This document shows positions 62,075-64,000 of a stretch of 64,000 nt of DNA, one piece after another (the first letter of the stretch is position 1; each line of letters begins with the position of its first letter). The notes under the pieces were generated by a model. The model worked only from the letters and a program-made list of their open reading frames with translations, was not told the origin of the DNA and ran no database searches. Position numbers and translations under genes: made by a program. Origin of the DNA: Felis catus. Taxonomy: Eukaryota. The DNA lies in the NCBI RefSeq assembly GCF_018350175.1, contig NC_058368.1, forward strand, positions 218,552,001 through 218,616,000, written 5' to 3'.

Positions 62075-63925
62075 ATATAGTTGCTCATTGCTGGCATATA
62101 TAAAAACAACTGAATTTTGTATAATAACTTGTATCCTGCATCTTTGCCAGAATTGCTTATTAGTTTGAAGAAGTAAATAAATGAAGATATATTCCACAGT
62201 CATGAAGGGAAGACTCAATATTGTCAGGATGTTACTTCTTCCCAACTGTTCTGTAGATTCCAGCAATCCATTGAAAATCCCAGCAAGTTGTTTGAGGATA
62301 CTGATAAATTGATTATAAAGTTTATATAGAAAGGCAAAAGATCCAGAATAGCCAACATAACACTGAAGGAGAAGAACAAATTTGAAGGATTGACAGTACT
62401 GAACTATTAGACTTACTGTAAAGCTACAGTAATCATGACACAGCATTTAAAAAAATAAACATAAATAAATTGAACAGAACAGAGAACCCAGAAATAGACC
62501 CACAATAAGTATATTTGACTAATCTTTGACAAACAATGACAATATAATGGATAAAAAATGTTTTTTTCATCAAATGATATTGGACCTACTGGATATCCTC
62601 CTGCCAAAAAAAAAATTAATCTAGACAAAACTTGATATCTTCTCCAAAACTTCTTCAAAATGGATCCCAGAACTAATTGTACAACACAAAATACAAACTC
62701 CTAGATGATAATATAGGAGAAAACTTACATGATATTGGTTACTGAGATGGTTTTTAAATACATCACCAAAGCATAATTAATAAAATAAATTAAAATTCAT
62801 TAAAATTAAAAGCTTATGATCTGTGAAAGACTACATCAAGAGAATGAGAAGTCAAACCATAGACTAATACAAAGTATTTATAAAACTCATGTGGTAAAAG
62901 AATGTTATCCAGAATACACAAAGAACTCGTAAATCTCAAGAGTAAGAAAAAAAAACTGATTAAAAAATAAGGTAGACCTTAATAGACACCTCACTAAAGA
63001 AGATATACAAATGACAAACAGTATGTTAAAAGATGTTCCACATCATATGTCATCAGGGAAATGCAACAATGAGAACCACTACATACCCATTAGAATGGCC
63101 AAAATCTGAAACTCTGACTGTATCATATGTTGTGGAACAGGAATTCTCATTCATTTCTGGTGGGAATGGAAAATTTTAGAGCCACTTTGGAATACAAGTT
63201 GGAAGTTTCTGACAAAACTAAACATATCCTTACCATATGATCCAGCAACTGTACTCCTTTGTATTTACCCAAAGGAATTTAAAACTTATGCCCATGCAGA
63301 AACCTGCACATGAATGTTATAGCAGCTTTATTTAAAATAACGAAAACTTGGAGGCAACCAAGATATCCTTCAGTATGTGAATAGATATATAAATGGTGAT
63401 ACAGCAGGACAATGGAATATTGTGTAGCACCAAAAAGAAATAAGCTATTAAGCCATAAAAAGACATACAGGATCCTTAATTGCATATTTAAGGTATAAAA
63501 AACCAATCTGAAAAGTCTACGTACTGTATAATTATAATTATAAAGCATTATGGGAAAGGCAAAACTGTGGAGACAGTAAAAAGATCGGTGGTTACCAGGA
63601 GTTTGGGGGTTGGGGGCACGGATGATAAGCAAAGCACAGAGGAGTTTTTGGGTATGAAATACTCTGCATTATACTCTAATGAAGGTATTTTCAAACTCAT
63701 AGGATCTATAACACTAAGAATAATCATAATGTAATCTATGAATTTTGGGTGATTATGATGTATCAAGGTAGAATCAATAATTGCAACCAATGTACCACTC
63801 TCTTGGGGGATGGAGATAATGAAGGGACCTATGCATGAACGGGAGAAGGAGATAGATAGGAAATCTTCATATTTTCCTCTCAACTGTGCTGTAAATGCAA
63901 AACCATTCTAGAAAAATAGTCTTAA
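62075..63925 (+). mobile_element. L1MC-like ORF2 3' part and 3'UTR with inverted 5' segment (62075-62165)
   Basis: GAAGACTCAATATTGTC...AAAGCTACAGTAATC...GAAAAGTCTACGTACTGTATA...GGAAAGGCAAAACTGTGGAGACAGTAAAAAGATC. Confidence 0.9.
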
Positions 63926-64000
63926 AATGACAGAGAATTAAGTTCTGAGACATTTTATAACATGGATGAACCTTGAAAATGTTATGAGTAAAAAAAAAGA

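Noticed and set aside
62024..63883. ORFs of 140, 117 and 111 aa
   Set aside because: Antisense frames over a degenerate L1; no intact ORF2.

Overview
AT-rich mammalian genomic DNA from a felid, most likely cat. The evidence is about 30 tRNA-derived Can-SINEs, including young CpG-rich SINEC_Fc-type copies with perfect target-site duplications (TSDs). I find no intact protein-coding exon, so this is intergenic or deep intronic sequence. The only gene-derived sequence is a processed SAR1A pseudogene on the minus strand (~27.94-28.69 kb): spliced 5'UTR, all 198 codons with two nonsense codons but no frameshift, and a short 3'UTR. The rest is layered repeats: L1 and L2 fragments, MLT1/MER21/MER31/MER34/LTR16-like LTRs, MER20, MER91 and Tigger2a-like DNA transposons, and microsatellites. 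The most notable structures are: (1) an LTR hotspot at 36.9-42.4 kb, where a very young 412-bp gammaretrovirus-like solo LTR (perfect CTCT TSD, duplicated enhancer, C36 tract) sits inside an older LTR whose inverted relative lies 2.6 kb away; (2) a (TA)n expansion at 20.4-21.0 kb carrying inverted copies of the adjacent LTR terminus; (3) a perfect 23-bp-arm palindrome overlapping a SINE target site; (4) two likely twin-primed L1 inversions; (5) a SINE dimer inside one TSD pair. I do not see a novel multi-gene biological system. Repeat family names come from recalled consensus sequences, not a database search, and boundaries of old elements are approximate.
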